Shown one piece after another: positions 60,299 through 64,000 of a DNA stretch of 64,000 nt. How positions within the stretch are numbered: the stretch's first letter is position 1; every line of letters begins with the position of its first letter. Origin of the DNA: Dictyostelium discoideum (lineage: Eukaryota); the NCBI GenBank assembly GCA_000004695.1, contig CM000154.2:2688001-2752000 (forward strand). The letters run 5' to 3'. The translations under genes and the position numbers were made by a program. The notes beneath the pieces were generated by a model, which worked only from the letters and a program-made list of their open reading frames with translations, did no database searches and had not been told where the DNA came from.

Positions 60299-63077
60299 TT
60301 ATTTATTTACTAACTTAAGAAGTTCATCAAATGTTTTAAACATATTAGTGACAAGTTCACTTCTTTCTTTAATATTAAATATTGATAATTCAAGTTTTTC
60401 AGCATCTCTAGATTTTTGTAAATCTTTAATTGCATTAACAGAATCAAAACCTGATGACATATATGAATAAGCTTTTGAAACATTAAGACAATCGACTGGA
60501 GCTAAATCTACATATCTTTGGAAATATTTTCTAATATCTTTATAATTTTCTGGCATATTGCCAATCATGGTAGAAGGCTCATCCCTTGGATTTGAAGTTT
60601 TAATATGTAGGGCATAACCTAAAAGATAGAAAACATATTCATTTACCATTGGTTTTGAAATTGTAGTATTATCGAAAATGTATTTCAAATCTTTGATAGC
60701 ATTTTCAAAATCACCAGCATAAATAAAACATTTACCACGAAGTGCCAAGAAATCGAAATCATATTTGAATTGTGGTTGATTTTTAAAGAGTTCCTTAAAT
60801 TTCAATATTAAATTGTTTCTTAATAAATCACTTTTTACATCAAGTGATTCAACAGCAAATAAAATTAAATTTGATTTTTTATCAGATTTATCCTTTGATA
60901 TATTTTTTTGACAATGTTCTTTAATTTTATCTTTTTGAATTGGTTTTAATTGAGCTACATAAAATTCTGATATTACCAATTCATACAATGGATCTAATGA
61001 TTCCTCAAGGTTACCTTGGTCAAACAATTTTTCGAAATCATTTTTTAATTCGATGGCTTTGATTAATTTCATTGCCATTTTTGAACCTTTATATGAATCC
61101 TCAACTAAACGAGGAAGATTTGCATTAAAGTCAATTTTAGATCGATTCAGAAAGGTAGATATCCTCACCTTGATTAGCAAAGTAGCTTTTGTTTGATATT
61201 TCTTTAACATTGGAATCATTACAAAAATCATCTGCCAATTTGAGATCATTCGATTTAAATGATTTATCCTGTTCCAAGATATGACCATATCTGAATACGA
61301 GTCTAGAGTAATTATCTTTTGCTTCAGCTCCCATGTCTTCACTTATTTCAGCAACTATTTTACATAGTTTAGCACTTCTAACAATGTCTCTAACTTTACC
61401 AAATATTAAATCTTGGAATTGAAGTTCATCTTGAAATAGAGTTTTACTATATAAATGCATTTATACCTTCTTCTGAATGTAATTGATTTCACAAGATTTT
61501 TCAAAAAAGTATAAACCTTTCTCAATATCCATATCGAAACCATCCTTACCGAAATAGAATCTATCTGCTAAATAGAAATTAAAGAATTGAATTTGATAAA
61601 ATGGTCCATTCTCTTCGAATTCGTGTAGATCTTTCTCTAAAGAACCATCCCTCATTCTTTTAACCTCATCTTTTGTAAAGAATGGTTTCAATGAGTAATG
61701 ATAATTTTTATTAATTTTCACTCCGTAACCTTTATCCTGAGCTTCTGATAAAATTCCTAAACCAAATGGTAGCCCAAGTGATGCAGAGTCAAATAAGAAT
61801 GGTATTGACTTTGCATAGTCTTTATCTCGGTGGAAGTTGTATTGAACCCTTTTCTAAAACACGTATAAGAAGGTCTTCATAAGGTTTATTATACTTTTTA
61901 GCGATTTGAATAATTTCATCCACCCTTTTTGCTGGGACACCTTTTGTTGGGAATTTCATATCAACTTTTTTAATATAATTATTCAATTCTTTAACTATAT
62001 CCCTTTTACCAGTATTTGCATCATAACATCTTTCTGATAGCTTCTTTTCAGTCTCTTTCTTTGTATATTGTACATCCTTGGCATCCTTATCAAATGATAA
62101 TGCAATATCATAGAAAGTTAATGCAATATCATATTGTCCGATATATTCATACGTTTGACCAATACGAAACCATCCTTTATACCACAATGGTCTTAACCCA
62201 ACTGAATCAATTGCATCATCTCTTGAATCTAATATATATTTAGATTGCGTATATCTTTGTGAAGCAAATTTATAGTTATTTACAATCCATTTATAATGTT
62301 CTAATCTTGAAATTGATTTATTACTTTTTATTATTGATATAGTTGTAGGTGAAATTTGTTCACAAGAAGCCTCCTATGCTAATTCATAAGATTCCACTGC
62401 TTCTGGATAATCTTTTTTAGTAAAATATTGGTTTCCAATATCTTTAAATTTATTAACTTTTTTTTCAACTTCTAATGTTGAATCAACTTGTTTATCTTTA
62501 AATAATTCTTTTAAATCATCGTCATCCCTATCAAATTCTAATTTACAAATTAAATTATTTTCATCTAAAACCGAAATTGATTTTTTAATATTATTAAAAT
62601 ATGTTTTAAATTCTTCATTTGATAAATATAATCTATATGATTCTTTATTTTAATAACTTTTTTTTTTAAAAAAATTAATATATATTAATATCTTTTTATT
62701 ATTTTTATTATTTATTATAAATTATTTTTTTATATTTACATTTTATATAATTTAATCTAATTTTTAATAATTCTTTATTTTCAATATCAAGTTTTGATTT
62801 ATTTAATTTAGTATATGGAGCTTGTAATACTTTTGTTAATAAAATAATATCCCAATTTGCTAATGAACCTAAATCAACTAATTTTTTTTGTTCTAATGGT
62901 AATTCTTTGTAGATTGTTATTTGATAAATATTTTCCAAATGGAGGTATAGAACTCCATTTTTGACCATTTGATTCAATTAACCATCTTGATTTAAATAAT
63001 TCTATTAAAATTGGTTTACAAGAATTTAAAAATAAATTATAAATTTTAAAAAAATTAATTCTTTATCTTTTAATGTC
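60299..63077 (-). pseudogene. TPR-repeat protein gene with an in-frame stop and several frameshifts (putative pseudogene, or sequence errors)
   Basis: Minus-strand coding-like sequence begins at ATG 63077-63075 (MTLKDKELIFLK..). A TPR-like segment reads ..KFKDIGNQYFTKKDYPEAVESYELA then TAG at about 62378 then EASCEQ..LRPLWYKGWFRIGQTYEYIGQYDIALTFYDIALSFDKD... Four consecutive ORF-track pieces (61822-62187, 61461-61721, 61137-61460, 60299-61342) lie in shifted frames or are separated by an in-frame TAA at 61461-63. The intervening DNA has coding-like composition, not the AT-rich introns seen elsewhere. Confidence 0.5.
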
Positions 63078-64000
63078 ATTTTATTATAAATAATAATAAT
63101 AACGAATTTTTGGACAATGAAAATGCATAAAAAAAAAAAAAATAAAAAAATAAAAAAATAAAAAAAAAAAAATAAAAATAAAATAAAAAATAAATAAAAA
63201 ATAAATAAAAAATAAATAAAAAATAAATTTTGAGAAAATACATGTTGCTAACACAATATGCAAAAATCAAGCAGCCTTATATTCAAATGGATAAATTTAT
63301 GATTTAAGACCGGAATTATCCAGCAGGAGTAACGTATAAGTATTCTAGCGACAATCTAAATTCTCAAAGATTCAAATTCTCCAAAGGTATCAGTTGTATA
63401 AACATCTTGTTTAAGTAAAAATCAAACTGTTTTATTCAATCAATCAGTATCATGCTCATTAAACAAATATATGACATGCTCTTTAGATTATCATCATCTT
63501 CCTTGTTTTCATCGTCATCCTCGTCTGTTAACGGTGGCAATAATTCATCAACTACACCAACAATATCAATATCATTAAACTCTTCCACATCAGATTCATC
63601 AACATCGGCCTCTTCAATGTCATCATCATCCTCTTCAATAGAACCTGATGAATATGTAATCACTAGTAAATTTGATATTATCAACAATAGATTAACACTT
63701 GAAAATCCATATAACAAAACAATCAGTTGTATTGGTGACCGAAATGCATACTCTATATTCAAACTTTAGTTGCACAATTGTTCCATTCAATCAAACAGAA
63801 ATTATCATAGAATGTTATAATGAAAACTCTTCAATTTTAACATTCACAGAATCTTTTGAATGTAATATTGGTTATTCAATGAAATACTCATTAAATATTC
63901 CACAAACTACTTCAATTGATGATGATATTAATAGTAGCAAAAGTAGTATCAATAACTCAAGTCACACCAATAGTGAATCTCTCCAAATCCTAAATAAAAT

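Noticed and set aside
1-64000. Possibility of a prokaryotic defence or mobile system (CRISPR, restriction-modification, toxin-antitoxin and the like)
   Set aside because: The sequence has eukaryotic gene structure throughout, with spliceosomal introns, Pol III tRNA genes without CCA and coding polyN. No direct-repeat or spacer arrays, operons or Shine-Dalgarno-type organisation are present.

Overview
This 64-kb window looks like AT-rich nuclear DNA from a social amoeba (Dictyostelium discoideum-like), not a prokaryotic locus. The evidence is about 75-80% A+T, long poly(A)/poly(T) intergenic tracts, short AT-rich introns with GTAAGT/GTATGT donors and (Y)nAG acceptors, and coding AAT/CAA triplet runs giving polyN/polyQ. 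I found no CRISPR array or operon.

I hand-spliced about 20 protein-coding genes from the ORF track; exon coordinates may be off by a few nucleotides. In order along the window they are:
- a full-size ABCG/PDR-type transporter
- a 2-exon SAM-dependent O-methyltransferase
- a FNIP-repeat protein
- an 11-exon LRR + EGF-like + TM receptor-like gene with one LRR per exon
- COP9 signalosome subunit 2
- a small secreted protein
- gamma-glutamyl hydrolase
- an Argonaute with a 428-aa low-complexity N-terminal exon
- a Nup188-like nucleoporin
- an AN1-zinc-finger/UBX protein
- coatomer gamma
- a SAP-domain polyQ/polyN protein
- a cAMP-receptor-like 7TM protein
- a Pro/Gln-repeat + VWA protein
- two neighbouring EGF-containing type I membrane proteins (one with an MRH-like domain plus TIG-like domains)
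- an Arf/Arl GTPase
- a TPR gene that appears pseudogenised

There are also two tRNA genes: tRNA-Lys(UUU) on + and tRNA-Asp(GUC) on -. Immediately 5' of tRNA-Asp lies a roughly 3.8-kb retrotransposon-like region containing a 100-N assembly gap. It has duplicated ~200-bp 5' modules, a Lys/Asn/Glu-rich ORF, duplicated hairpins, tandem short repeats and a 52-nt poly(A) terminus. I read it as a tRNA-gene-targeted non-LTR retroelement of the TRE5 type, from general knowledge of that family and not from a database hit.

The most unusual structures are:
- the LRR gene, whose phase-2 introns split the conserved Leu codon of each repeat
- the membrane-protein gene pair bracketed by two near-identical 59-bp partly palindromic repeats
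- the tRNA/retroelement nest
- the TPR pseudogene

Everything here is from reading the sequence; no database search was possible.
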